Shown here piece after piece: positions 36,579 to 46,093 of a stretch of 50,929 nucleotides of DNA. Source of the stretch: Alphaproteobacteria bacterium (GTDB taxonomy: Bacteria > Pseudomonadota > Alphaproteobacteria > SP197); the NCBI GenBank assembly GCA_022823765.1, contig JAJEHK010000255.1, positions 1 through 50,929 of the forward strand, given 5' to 3'. Numbering within the stretch: the stretch's first letter is position 1; the number at the start of each line of letters is the position of its first letter. The notes beneath the pieces are model-generated. The model was not told where the DNA came from. It saw nothing but the letters and a program-made list of their open reading frames with translations, and did not search any database. Made by a program: the position numbers and the translations under genes.

Positions 36579-36981
36579 CAGGACACTTCCTCAGCGATAG
36601 GGATTTCAGGGAAAGGGCAGGGGCGGCGGCGGTACGCATCGTCCTCTCGGGACCCGGCTTGCCGGCATCGACCCGCGTCCTGATCACACGACTCCAGGGG
36701 CGCACAGTACAGATCGTCCGCCCGCTGACAATTCCCGCATCCCCTTGCCCGAAACCGCGATGGCGACTTCTGGTCCGCAATGCTTCTCCGGACTCGCATT
36801 GAGCGCGACAACATTACGGAAACCGGTACCGGATATCGTCCGCAGCGTTTGGAGTGCGCCCGACCGCAAGCCGGACGTTTCCACGGCGGGCAGCACATGC
36901 TTCTGGCGACACCTCGCAGGCCCGTGCATAGTGGACGAGCATCGTGACGTTTGCGGCCGGAACCGGCACAAGGAGCAGCAG

Positions 36982-37974
36982 ATGACGGATTACAGCAGCT
37001 TGAAGGCGAGATTGCGCGACAGGGAGATCATCATTCTCGATGGGGCGGTCGGCACCCAGCTCCAGGCGACAGGCGTGCCTATGGACCCCTATTGCTGGGC
37101 AGCAATCGGCAACCACACCCACCCCTCCACGGTGCAGAAGATGCACGAGGACTACATACGAGCCGGCGCCGACGTGATCACCACGAACACCTATTCCGCC
37201 GCCCGCCACAACTATGAATTGGCAGGCCTGAGCGATCTCGTGATCGAACTCAACATCCGCGCCGTGCAGTTGGCGCAGCAGGCGCGGGAACGCGTCGCCG
37301 ACCGGCCGGTCTACATCGCCGGTTCGGTTTCGAACTTCGGCGCCTGGATCGAGTCCGAGTACCAGTGGTTCAGAAAGTCAGCCCGGGTGACCGCGGCATC
37401 GGGGCTGCGGGACCGCAGCCTCATTACCGAGGCGCAGGCGCGGCGCAACCTGGCCGAGCAGGTGGCCATACTTGTCGATGCCGGCGTCGACCTCCTGATC
37501 GCGGAGGCGACGGGCAACACGATTCAGCGCGAGTGGGTCCTGGAGGCGGTCGCCGGTGCCGGCATTCCCTACTGGGCCGGTTTCAAGTGTCACGTCAACG
37601 AGGGAGAAGAGGCGCCCCGCTCCGGTTACATGTCCGACGATTTGCTTTCCGACGAACTGGATGCGCGCCTTCCCCTCGATGCCGACGTCTTGTGCATCTT
37701 CCATTCGACCATCGAGGACACGAACCAGGCCATACCGGTGGTGCGCTCGAAGTGGAAGGGCGCACTCGGCGCCTATCCCGAGGCGGGGCGCAAGGATTAC
37801 ACGCAGGCGTTGGCGGATCCGAACACCGAGAATCCGCACACGATGGAGGAGTGGGTGACGACCGCCAGGCGATGGACCGATAACGGCGTGCAAGTGATCG
37901 GTGGTTGCTGCGGCATGGGCCTCGATCACATCCGTGCCCTCGACGGGCAGCTCCCTCATCGACTGGCTGCCTGA
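36982..37974 (+). CDS. homocysteine S-methyltransferase family protein (betaine- or S-methylmethionine-dependent)
   Basis: ILDGAVGTQL, ADVITTNTY and the C-terminal IGGCCGMGLDHIRAL (Zn-binding Cys pair) define the Pfam S-methyl_trans fold. ATG 36982 follows AAGGAG. The 36745 start is rejected. Confidence 0.85.
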   Translation: MTDYSSLKARLRDREIIILDGAVGTQLQATGVPMDPYCWAAIGNHTHPSTVQKMHEDYIRAGADVITTNTYSAARHNYELAGLSDLVIELNIRAVQLAQQARERVADRPVYIAGSVSNFGAWIESEYQWFRKSARVTAASGLRDRSLITEAQARRNLAEQVAILVDAGVDLLIAEATGNTIQREWVLEAVAGAGIPYWAGFKCHVNEGEEAPRSGYMSDDLLSDELDARLPLDADVLCIFHSTIEDTNQAIPVVRSKWKGALGAYPEAGRKDYTQALADPNTENPHTMEEWVTTARRWTDNGVQVIGGCCGMGLDHIRALDGQLPHRLAA

Positions 37975-38010
37975 ACGACCGCAGCCCGGACCGCCGGCCC
38001 CGGGGAGTCG

Positions 38011-38395
38011 GCCGCGATTCGCCGGGCACGCCTGTGCTATGACCATGTTGCCGGCAGCCTCGGCGTTGGCATTGCCGATGGCTGCTTGCCGAAGGCCGGC
38101 TCGAATCGTCAGGCCGTGACCATCGACTGACAGAATCGGGTGATGCATTCCTGCGGAATCTCGGTGTCGATGTCGATGGCGCCCGGACGAAGCGGCGTCT
38201 CTTCGCCCGCGCATGTCTCGACTGGAGCGAACGCCGTGCGCACCTGGCAGGGGCTCTCGGCGCCGCTCTCGCCACCCGGATGTTCGAACTGGACTGGCTG
38301 GAACGTACCGGGCGCGCGAGGTTCGTGTGACCGCCAGGGGTGAAGCCGAGTACGCCCGCCTGTTCGGCATGACGCTCGCGAACAGGATTGCGTGA
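38011..38395 (+). pseudogene. ArsR/winged-helix-type regulator remnant: N-terminal HTH missing, two frame disruptions
   Basis: Three frames together read ARLCYDHVAGSLGVGIADGCL...NRQAVT|LTESGDAFLRNLGVDV..RTKRRLFARACLDWSERRAHLAGALGAALATRMFELDWLERTGRAR|EVRVTARGEAEYARLFGMTL. This matches a regulator family with CYDHLAG.LG and CLDWSERR.HLAG.LGAAL blocks (from memory). In-frame stops at 38128-38130 and 38328-38330. The reading frame begins directly after the upstream gene's stop. Confidence 0.55.
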
Positions 38396-38500
38396 CGGCT
38401 GGCGCCTCAAACGGATGTTCGAAAGCGGTTGGGTCTGTGCCATGGTATGAGAAGCGTCACGGCGAAACTCTCCCACGGGAAACAGGAAACGGATTGAACG

Positions 38501-39688
38501 ATGCGCCAGCCTCCTGTGCGCAGGCCGTCCCTGCTTGTCCTGGTCATGATCTCGTCGATCGGTCCCCTGGCGCTGCAGGTCCTGGTCCCGGCGATGCCCG
38601 GTCTGGCCAGCGACTTCCACACGGACTTCTCCGTCACGCAGATGTCTCTTTCGGTCTACCTCGTCGGCATGGTGGCGGGACAGCTCGTCTATGGTCCGCT
38701 CTCCGACCGGTTCGGCCGCCGTCCGGTCCTCATGGCGGGTCTCGTGGTCTATGTCGGCGGCAGTCTCTTCTGCCTGGTGGCGTGGGACATCGTGCCGCTC
38801 ATCATCGGCCGGGCGTTCCAGGCGTTGGGTGGCAGCGCCGGGATCGTGCTGGCGCGCGCCATCATCAGGGACATTCACGATCGCGAGGGATCGGCGCAGA
38901 TGCTCGCCTATGTCACGGCGGGCATGATTCTCGCTCCGATGATCGGCGCCATCGCCGGCGGTTACCTCTACGAGTGGTATGGCTGGCAGTCGGTCATGCT
39001 GCTGGTGCTGGTCATCGGCGTTCTCGTCACCGGGGCCTGCATCGTTGCCCTGAGCGAAACCAACACAAGGCGCGCGTCCCGAACCTCGTTTCCGGACATG
39101 GTGAGAGATTGCGCGCGCCTCCTGCGCAAGCGTCGTTTCCAGGGCTACGCCCTTCAGGTCGCTTTCACCACGGCAACGTTCTTCACGTTCCTGGGAGGGG
39201 CATCGGCTGTGGCGGTGGTGATCTACGGCCGCAGTCCGTCGGAGTACGCCCTGTGGTTCGTGCTGGTTTCGGGCAGCTACATGACCGGCAATTTCATCTC
39301 CGGACGCATCAGCCGCCGCGTCGGCATCGACCGGATGATCACCATCGGGACCGTGGCCTCGTCCACGGCCGCTCTCGTCATGATGGCGCTCTTCGTGTCC
39401 GGCTGGTTCGGGCTGGTCCACTTCTTCGTGCTGGCCGGCATGATGTCCCTGGGCAACGGTTTCAGCATGCCCAACGGCTTCGCAGGGATCGTCAGCGTCG
39501 ATCCCGGCCGCGCCGGCACGGCATCCGGCCTCTCCGGCGCCCTGCAGATGGGCCTGGGCGCCATTGCCATGACCGTCGTCGGGCACACCATGGCGGAAAG
39601 CCCGATGCCGGTGATTGTCATCATGCTCGTTCTTGCGCTGCTGGCTCTGATCGCCCATTTGCATGGCACAAGAGGGGACGTACCTTAG
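38501..39688 (+). CDS. MFS transporter, Bcr/CflA drug-resistance subfamily
   Basis: 395 aa, 12 predicted helices. L.VYL.G...GQL.YGPLSDRFGRRPVL and GRAFQALGGSAG motifs. Confidence 0.85.
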   Translation: MRQPPVRRPSLLVLVMISSIGPLALQVLVPAMPGLASDFHTDFSVTQMSLSVYLVGMVAGQLVYGPLSDRFGRRPVLMAGLVVYVGGSLFCLVAWDIVPLIIGRAFQALGGSAGIVLARAIIRDIHDREGSAQMLAYVTAGMILAPMIGAIAGGYLYEWYGWQSVMLLVLVIGVLVTGACIVALSETNTRRASRTSFPDMVRDCARLLRKRRFQGYALQVAFTTATFFTFLGGASAVAVVIYGRSPSEYALWFVLVSGSYMTGNFISGRISRRVGIDRMITIGTVASSTAALVMMALFVSGWFGLVHFFVLAGMMSLGNGFSMPNGFAGIVSVDPGRAGTASGLSGALQMGLGAIAMTVVGHTMAESPMPVIVIMLVLALLALIAHLHGTRGDVP

Positions 39689-39714
39689 ACGATGACGAAC
39701 CGGGAGATTCGACG

Positions 39715-40686
39715 TTGAAAGCCTTGCAGTGTCACGCGTGGGGGGGACCTGACGACCTCGTCGTGGGGGATGTGCCCGAACCCGAGCCCGGTCCCGGAGA
39801 GATCGTCGTTCGTGTCGAAGGCTGTGGAGTCAATTTCGCCGATACCCTCATCATCCAGGGCACCTACCAGGTGAGGCCCGAACATCCCTTCACGCCGGGC
39901 ATGGAAGTGGCCGGCACGGTCCTGAAGACGGGGTCCGGGGTGGAGGACTTCGGTCCCGGCGATGCGGTCATCGGCATGCCCGGTGTCGGTGGCTTTGCCG
40001 AGCAGGTGGTATGCAAGGCCTCCCAGGTAATGCGGCGTCCCGCCGGCATCGATGCCGTGACAGCCGCCGCCATTCCCATCGTTTACGGCACGGCGCACAT
40101 CGGCCTCGAGCACAGGGGCATGCTTCAGCCGGGCGAGAGCCTCCTCGTGCACGGAGCGTCAGGCGGCGTTGGCCTCGCGGCAGTCGAGGTGGGAAAGGCC
40201 ATGGGCGCCTTGGTCATCGCCACGGCAAGCAGTGCCGACAAGCTGGAGACGGCACGCCGTCACGGCGCGGACCATGTCATCGACTACCAGGCGGGTGAAT
40301 TCCGGAACGAAGTCAAGGAGATCACGAAGGGCGGCGCAGACGTGATCTTCGATCCCGTGGGGGGTGACGTCTTTGACCAGTCATTGCGCTGCATTGCCTG
40401 GGAAGGACGGCTGCTCACAATCGGATTTGCCTCAGGCCGGATTCCCCAGGCGCCTGCCAACATCCTGCTCGTCAAGAACATCTCCGTCATCGGCGTTCAC
40501 TGGTCCAACTACCGCGAAAGCCAACCAGAACTCCTCGCTCGCTCCTTCGACCGGATCTTCACGTGGATATCCGACGGGAAGTTGCGCCCGCTGGTCTCGA
40601 AGACCTGCGCGCTCGAGGAGGCGCCGCAAGCGCTCGCCGACCTTGCCGGCCGGCGCGCCCGTGGCAAGATCGTGGTCACTCCCTGA
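39715..40686 (+). CDS. NADPH:quinone oxidoreductase (zeta-crystallin-like MDR family)
   Basis: TTG 39715 (after GGGAG) gives MKALQCHAWGGPDDLVVGDVPEPEPGPGEIVVRVEGCGVNFADTL...GASGGVGLAAV.. It is embedded in a longer artefactual ORF (38392-40686). Confidence 0.85.
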   Translation: MKALQCHAWGGPDDLVVGDVPEPEPGPGEIVVRVEGCGVNFADTLIIQGTYQVRPEHPFTPGMEVAGTVLKTGSGVEDFGPGDAVIGMPGVGGFAEQVVCKASQVMRRPAGIDAVTAAAIPIVYGTAHIGLEHRGMLQPGESLLVHGASGGVGLAAVEVGKAMGALVIATASSADKLETARRHGADHVIDYQAGEFRNEVKEITKGGADVIFDPVGGDVFDQSLRCIAWEGRLLTIGFASGRIPQAPANILLVKNISVIGVHWSNYRESQPELLARSFDRIFTWISDGKLRPLVSKTCALEEAPQALADLAGRRARGKIVVTP

Positions 40687-40701
40687 CATGGCGGGGGTTA
40701 C

Positions 40702-41484
40702 GTGATGAAACATGAAGGCAAGGTTGCGGTGGTGACCGGGGCGGCCCAGGGAATCGGGCTCGCCTGCGCGAGGCGACTCGCCGAAGAAGGCGCTCTGGTC
40801 GTCATGGGAGACATCCAGGGGGAAAAGGTTGCCGGGGAGGCGACGGCGCTGGGCGCCGTCGCCATGACCATGGACGTGTCGCGTCGCGACGACGTCGACG
40901 CCCTCATCGGGTGCGCCGTCGACACGCACGGCAGGCTCGACATCATGGTCAACAACGCGGGGGTCGGTTTCAGTGCCGGCGTGCTGGAGGTTGGGGAGGA
41001 GGATTTTGATCGCATCCTTGGCGTCAACCTCAAGGGTGCGCTGTTCGGCTCCCAGGGAGCGGCTCGTGTCATGGTGGAGCAGGCTTCCGGTGGCGCCATC
41101 GTCAACATGACTTCGGTCCAGGCCGAGCTCGCGATACCCAACAGCGTTGCCTACGGCGTCTCGAAGGCGGGGATCAATCAGTTGACAAGGATCTTTTCCG
41201 TCGCCCTGGCAAGCCACAATGTCAGGTGCAATGCCGTAGGTCCCGGCACCATCCTCACGGACATGGCGCGAGGCGCCGTGCTTTCCAGTGACGAGGCCTA
41301 CCGGATGATCCTTTCGCGCACGCCTCTGGGTCGCCTGGGCGGGGCGGACGAAGTCGCCTCCGTCGTCTCGTTCCTGGCAAGCGACGATGCATCATATGTG
41401 ACGGGCCAGGTCATCTATCCTGACGGCGGACGCATGCCGGTGAACTACACCGTGCCAGTGGACGCGTTGCCGGCGATAGACTGA
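40702..41484 (+). CDS. SDR family oxidoreductase
   Basis: KVAVVTGAAQGIG, NNAG, S...Y..SK catalytic pattern (SVQAE...AYGVSKAG). 260 aa. Confidence 0.9.
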   Translation: MMKHEGKVAVVTGAAQGIGLACARRLAEEGALVVMGDIQGEKVAGEATALGAVAMTMDVSRRDDVDALIGCAVDTHGRLDIMVNNAGVGFSAGVLEVGEEDFDRILGVNLKGALFGSQGAARVMVEQASGGAIVNMTSVQAELAIPNSVAYGVSKAGINQLTRIFSVALASHNVRCNAVGPGTILTDMARGAVLSSDEAYRMILSRTPLGRLGGADEVASVVSFLASDDASYVTGQVIYPDGGRMPVNYTVPVDALPAID

Positions 41485-41487
41485 GGC

Positions 41488-42438
41488 ATGATCCCGGCGC
41501 TCCTCGACTGCGACACCGGCCATGACGACGCCATGGCCATCCTCATGGCCGGAAGACGGCTCGACCTGCGGGGAGTGACCACCGTCTTCGGCAACGCGAC
41601 CGTCGCCGACACCACCGCCAACACCTGCCGCATCCTGGAACTCGCCGGACTCGCCCACGTTCCCGTCGCCGCCGGCGCGGCCGCACCACTGGAAGGCGCC
41701 TTTGTGCATGAAGACGGAGTCCACGGCATGACGGGAATGGATGGCCATGACCTGCCGCCTCCGGCCGGCGGGCCCGTCGATGAACCGGCCGTGGACTTCA
41801 TTGCCCGCAACGCTGCCGCCACCAGGGGCCTCCATCTCGTGGCCACCGGTCCGCTCACCAACATCGCCCGGGTCCTGACGTCATTTCCGGGAACGCGTGC
41901 AGCACTGGCGGGTATCAGCATCATGGGGGGATCGACCGGACAGGGCAACGCCACCCCGGTCGCCGAATACAACATCCAGGCCGATCCGGAAGCCGCCGAC
42001 ATCGTCTTCACCAGCGGTGTTCCGATCCGCATGGTGGGACTCAATGTCACCCGCCAGGTGGCGGCAACGCCGGAGCGGCGATGCTGCCTGAGGTCCCTGG
42101 GAAACCGCACCGGCCACGTCGTGGCCGATCTGCTTGATTTCTTCAGCGACCGGCTCGAGGAGCACTATGGCCTCGCCGGTGCATCGATGCATGATCCCCT
42201 TGCCGTGGCTGCGTTCAGTGATCCCGACATCCTGCGATTCGAGGCCATGGAGGTGAGAATCGAGCGGGAAGGGGCCCATACCAGGGGCATGACTGTGTGC
42301 GATCTTCGCCATCTCTGTCCTCTCACCCTGCGTCGACAGCGCGAACCCCTGGGCTGCCCCAATGCCGAGGTTGCGGTGGCAGTGGACGCCGGTCTCTTCT
42401 GGGAGCGCTTCATCGACGTGGTGGCTGCCTTTCCATGA
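41488..42438 (+). CDS. nucleoside hydrolase (IU-preferring family)
   Basis: The N-terminal LLDCDTGHDDAMAI is the DxDxxxDD fingerprint. 316 aa. Starts 3 nt after the SDR stop. Confidence 0.9.
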   Translation: MIPALLDCDTGHDDAMAILMAGRRLDLRGVTTVFGNATVADTTANTCRILELAGLAHVPVAAGAAAPLEGAFVHEDGVHGMTGMDGHDLPPPAGGPVDEPAVDFIARNAAATRGLHLVATGPLTNIARVLTSFPGTRAALAGISIMGGSTGQGNATPVAEYNIQADPEAADIVFTSGVPIRMVGLNVTRQVAATPERRCCLRSLGNRTGHVVADLLDFFSDRLEEHYGLAGASMHDPLAVAAFSDPDILRFEAMEVRIEREGAHTRGMTVCDLRHLCPLTLRRQREPLGCPNAEVAVAVDAGLFWERFIDVVAAFP

Positions 42439-43586
42439 GAAACCTTCCGGAATTCGACACGGACGAGATGCTGGATGGCCTCGGCGCCTGGGTGCTCGTC
42501 GAGAGCCCCACCAATGTGCCCGAGGGCGTCAATGCCATGATGGATCTCGCCGAAGCCGAGATGGTGTCTCTGGGAGCGGCTATCACCCGGGAACCGGGAG
42601 GCGACGGATACGGGGACGTGCTCGTCGCCCGCGTGGAGGGCGCTGTCGAGGACAAGGGCATCCTGGTTCTGGGCCACCTCGATACCGTGCATGGCGTCGG
42701 CACCCTGGCGGGCCCACTCCCGTTCCGTCGCGACGGAGACCGGCTCTACGGTCCGGGCGTCTACGACATGAAGGGCGGCATGTATGCCGCCTGTTACGCC
42801 ATGAAGCAGCTGTTGCGCGCCGGCCGTACCCCGGGTCTGCCGGTGACCTTCATGTTCATCCCCAACGAGGAGGTCGGCAGCCCGACGACCCGGCAGCGCA
42901 TCGAGGACGAAGCGCGGCGACATCGCTTCGTCCTCGTTCCGGAACCCGCCAAGCAGGGCCGGCTTGTGACCGGACGTCACGGCATCGCGCGCTACATCGT
43001 GACGACCCGCGGGAGACCCTCCCATGCCGGTGCGACCCTCGCCCGGGGTGCCAGCGCCATCCGTGAAATGGCCCATCAGATCCACGCCATCGAGGCGACG
43101 TCGGATCCCGGTTCCGGGACCACGATGAGCGTCGGCATCGTCAACGGCGGCACCTTCGTCAACGTCGTTCCCATCGAGTGCCGTGCCGAGGTTCTGGCGG
43201 TCTTTCCCACCCGCGAGGCCTTCGATTCAATTGCCGCGTTCATGTCCTCCCTGAAGCCGGTCAACACGGATGTCACGATCACCGTGGAGCCCGGACCGGT
43301 GCGGCCCCTCTTCGAGCCGGGAGCGGGGACGCTCGCTCTCTATTCCCGCGCCGAGGAGATCGCGAAATCCATCGGCTTCGTACCGGGCCACGGCAGCTTT
43401 GGCGGAGGGAGTGACGGCAATTTCACCGGTGCACTTGGCATCTCCACACTCGACGGCCTCGGGCTCTGCGGTGACGGCGCCCACACGCACGAAGAACACA
43501 TCCTCGTCTCCTCCCTGGTTCCCAGGGCGCGCCTTCTGGCCGGTCTTCTTGAGAGTCTCGGGGATGCGGAATTCAACGCCCCGTGA
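42435..43586 (+). CDS. M20 family metallopeptidase (carboxypeptidase G2-like)
   Basis: GHLDTV, YGPGVYDMKGG, NEEVGSP and GGSDGN motifs. ATG 42435 overlaps the hydrolase stop (ATGA). Confidence 0.85.
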   Translation: MRNLPEFDTDEMLDGLGAWVLVESPTNVPEGVNAMMDLAEAEMVSLGAAITREPGGDGYGDVLVARVEGAVEDKGILVLGHLDTVHGVGTLAGPLPFRRDGDRLYGPGVYDMKGGMYAACYAMKQLLRAGRTPGLPVTFMFIPNEEVGSPTTRQRIEDEARRHRFVLVPEPAKQGRLVTGRHGIARYIVTTRGRPSHAGATLARGASAIREMAHQIHAIEATSDPGSGTTMSVGIVNGGTFVNVVPIECRAEVLAVFPTREAFDSIAAFMSSLKPVNTDVTITVEPGPVRPLFEPGAGTLALYSRAEEIAKSIGFVPGHGSFGGGSDGNFTGALGISTLDGLGLCGDGAHTHEEHILVSSLVPRARLLAGLLESLGDAEFNAP

Positions 43587-44691
43587 AAGGCAGACCGGTG
43601 ACCTCTCCGTCGCGTGTGCCGTCGGGGGTGGTGACCGCCACCGGCGTTCCCGGATCCCAGGCGCTGCGTTCCATCATGGCAAGGGCGATGTTGGTGGCGA
43701 GGTCGGGCGAGAAGGCCGCCGATGTCACCTGACCGGCCGGTTCGCCGGACCGCAGCACGGGCCACGGTTCGACACAGGCCGGCGCCGCTCTTCCATCGAA
43801 CCTGATGCCGCGGATGATCCTCGCCGGACCGCCCGAGTCGCGGATGCGTTCGAGGGCGTCGCGGCTGATGAACTCCACGGGTGATTCGAGATTCACAAAG
43901 CGGTCGAGACCGCACTCGAAGGGATTGTTCGCGATCGTCATGTCATTGCCGTGCGAGAGCAGGGCCCCCTCGATGCGCTCGATGAGATTCGGGCAGCCCG
44001 GTCCCACACTGAGGTCCCCGCCGGCGGCAAACAGAGCGTCCCACAAGGCCTGCCCGCTGGCCGCATCGTCGATGTAGATCTCGAATCCGCCCTGTTTGGA
44101 CCATCCCGACCGCGCCACCACGAACGAATGGCCGGCAAAGGGCACCACCGCAAAACCGAAGAAGCGGATGTCGCGCACCTGATCGCCGAGCACCCTCGAG
44201 AGGAGGTCGTCGGCCTTGGGCCCCTGTACGGCGATGGGTCCGATGCCCGGCTCGAAGACACGTGCGTCAAGGCCAAGGCCAAGGACAAGGCCCTTGGCCC
44301 ACAGCGCAACGTCGGAGTCGGCGAGGGAGATCCAGAAACGGTCTCCCGCCAGGCGCAGAATGACCGGGTCGTTGATCATGCCCCCCGTCTCGTCCACCAG
44401 GGGCGCATAGGCACACCGGCCCGGCGCCAGGCGGGAGATGTCGCGCGGTGTCATCAACTGCACGAGGCGGGCCGCGTCCGGGCCCACCACCTCGACCTGC
44501 TGTTCGCAGGTGACATCCCAGACCTGAACATGCCGCTTGAGGTGGTGGTAGTCCTCCTCGAGCCCACGGAAGAACGTCGGCAGGAGCATGTGGTTGTAGA
44601 CGGTGAAGCCGCCGACACCCTGTGCCTCGATCCGTGACGAGAATGGTGTACGGCGGGTGCGGCGCGATATCGAGATCACGGGTTCATGCAT
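43573..44691 (-). CDS. aminomethyltransferase (GcvT) family protein, DMSP demethylase DmdA-like
   Basis: RRTRRTPF, TVYNHMLLPT, HVQVWDV, DETGGMINDPV, ARSGWSKQGGFEIY and PNLIERIEGALLSHGNDM resemble DmdA as I recall it more than canonical GcvT. The 3' end overlaps the M20 gene by 14 nt. Confidence 0.65.
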   Translation of the reverse strand: MHEPVISISRRTRRTPFSSRIEAQGVGGFTVYNHMLLPTFFRGLEEDYHHLKRHVQVWDVTCEQQVEVVGPDAARLVQLMTPRDISRLAPGRCAYAPLVDETGGMINDPVILRLAGDRFWISLADSDVALWAKGLVLGLGLDARVFEPGIGPIAVQGPKADDLLSRVLGDQVRDIRFFGFAVVPFAGHSFVVARSGWSKQGGFEIYIDDAASGQALWDALFAAGGDLSVGPGCPNLIERIEGALLSHGNDMTIANNPFECGLDRFVNLESPVEFISRDALERIRDSGGPARIIRGIRFDGRAAPACVEPWPVLRSGEPAGQVTSAAFSPDLATNIALAMMERSAWDPGTPVAVTTPDGTRDGEVTGLPFTGR

Positions 44692-44776
44692 GGTCAGGTT
44701 CCTGGAGACGGAGAAAGCGGGACAATCGTGCTACGCTCGTTGCTCCGTGTATAGTGCCCGGCGAGAGGGACGGCAC

Positions 44777-45418
44777 ATGGTGAAGCTCGACATTCTCCAG
44801 AAGGTCTATGAGTGCAGGGACCTCGACGAACTGCGCGGAATCTATGATTCCTGGGCCGAGACCTACGATTCGACGATCTCCGGGACGATGAGTTACCGCG
44901 GTCACGAGTACATTGTCGATGCCGTGCGTCCCCATCTTGGCGACGATGCGAAAATCCTTGATGCCGGAGCCGGCAGCGGCATGGTCGGGCTGGCGGCGTC
45001 GCTGGCGGGATTCACCCACGTGGACGCCATGGATTTCTCGGCGGGCATGCTGAAGGTTGCGAGGGACCGCGGCGTCTACCGCGAGATCCGTCGCGGCGTT
45101 CTCGGCGAAGCGCTGGACTATCCGGACAACACCTACGATGCCGTTCTCAGTTCGGGTGTCTTCACGCCCGGCCATGCGCCACCGACATCGTTCGACGAGA
45201 TCATCCGCATCGTGAAGCCCGGAGGGCTGGTCTGTTTCACGCTGCGCCACGACCAGACGCCACCGGGATTCATCGAGAAGTTCGATGAACTCGCAAGGGC
45301 CGGATTGTGGCAGCAGGTGCGAGTGAGCGAGCCATTTCAGTCCATGCCGGGGGGCGAACCGGAGATCCGGCACAGGACCTGGCTCTTCCGGGTGACGCCG
45401 GAGCGCCCATCGGCGTGA
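44777..45418 (+). CDS. class I SAM-dependent methyltransferase
   Basis: Motif I ILDAGAGSGMVG, post-I D.S..ML, motif II YDAVLSSGVF. ATG 44777 follows GAGAGGGA. Confidence 0.8.
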   Translation: MVKLDILQKVYECRDLDELRGIYDSWAETYDSTISGTMSYRGHEYIVDAVRPHLGDDAKILDAGAGSGMVGLAASLAGFTHVDAMDFSAGMLKVARDRGVYREIRRGVLGEALDYPDNTYDAVLSSGVFTPGHAPPTSFDEIIRIVKPGGLVCFTLRHDQTPPGFIEKFDELARAGLWQQVRVSEPFQSMPGGEPEIRHRTWLFRVTPERPSA

Positions 45419-46089
45419 CGAACCCGGCGCCCGGACGCCCGGTTCGCATCTGGGATCGCCCGACGCGGGTGTTCCACTGGGTCCTCGTCGTCCTCTTCGT
45501 CGTTTGCTATGTCAGCGGCGACCGCGGCAGGTTCGATATCCACATCTTGGCCGGCCAGGCTCTGCTGATCCTCGTCGTGTCGCGGATCATCTGGGGGTTC
45601 GTGGGCAGCGATACCGCCCGGTTTCGCCGCTTCCTGCGGCCCCCGGGCGAGATCATGGCCCATATCCGGTCCCTTGGTGAGCGCCGGCCTGGCCATGACA
45701 GCGGTCACAATCCCCTTGGCGGCCTCTCCGTTGTCCTGATGCTGTTCGTTCTCGTCGTCCACACGGGATCCGGGCTCTTTGCGGTGGATGTCGATGGATG
45801 GAACGAGGGACCACTTTCGCATGTCGTGAGCTACGAAGCGGCTCGCAACGCCTCAGGCGTTCACGCTGTCACGGTCGACATCCTGCTCGTGCTTGTCGCA
45901 CTCCACGTTGCCGCTGTCGGATTCCACTGGCTCTACAAGCGCGACAACCTCGTCCTTCCCATGGTGACCGGTCGCAAGCACCTTCCTCCGGAGCACGATG
46001 TCCCGCGTCTCGCCCCGGATCTCCTGGCTCTTGTCACGCTCGCCGTTGCCGCTTCGGTCGTGCTCGGGCTACTGGAGATCGCCGGATAG
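45415..46089 (+). CDS. cytochrome b561-type membrane cytochrome (Ni/Fe-hydrogenase b-type cytochrome family)
   Basis: VRIWDRPTRVFHWVLVVLFVVCYVSG... four helices with conserved His. GTG 45415 overlaps the methyltransferase stop (GTGA). Confidence 0.75.
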   Translation: MTNPAPGRPVRIWDRPTRVFHWVLVVLFVVCYVSGDRGRFDIHILAGQALLILVVSRIIWGFVGSDTARFRRFLRPPGEIMAHIRSLGERRPGHDSGHNPLGGLSVVLMLFVLVVHTGSGLFAVDVDGWNEGPLSHVVSYEAARNASGVHAVTVDILLVLVALHVAAVGFHWLYKRDNLVLPMVTGRKHLPPEHDVPRLAPDLLALVTLAVAASVVLGLLEIAG

Positions 46090-46093
46090 AGGT

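Noticed and set aside
36579-36981. Riboswitch in the long leader of the homocysteine methyltransferase or DMGDH genes
   Set aside because: I looked by eye for SAM-II/SAM-V (AAAGCU pseudoknot), SAH, glycine and cobalamin (B12-box) signatures on both strands and found no convincing match. It is left as an unexplained long leader.
37378-39664. 330-aa and 689-aa minus-strand ORFs
   Set aside because: They are antisense to the homocysteine methyltransferase and MFS transporter genes, with His/Arg/Asp-rich nonsense composition.
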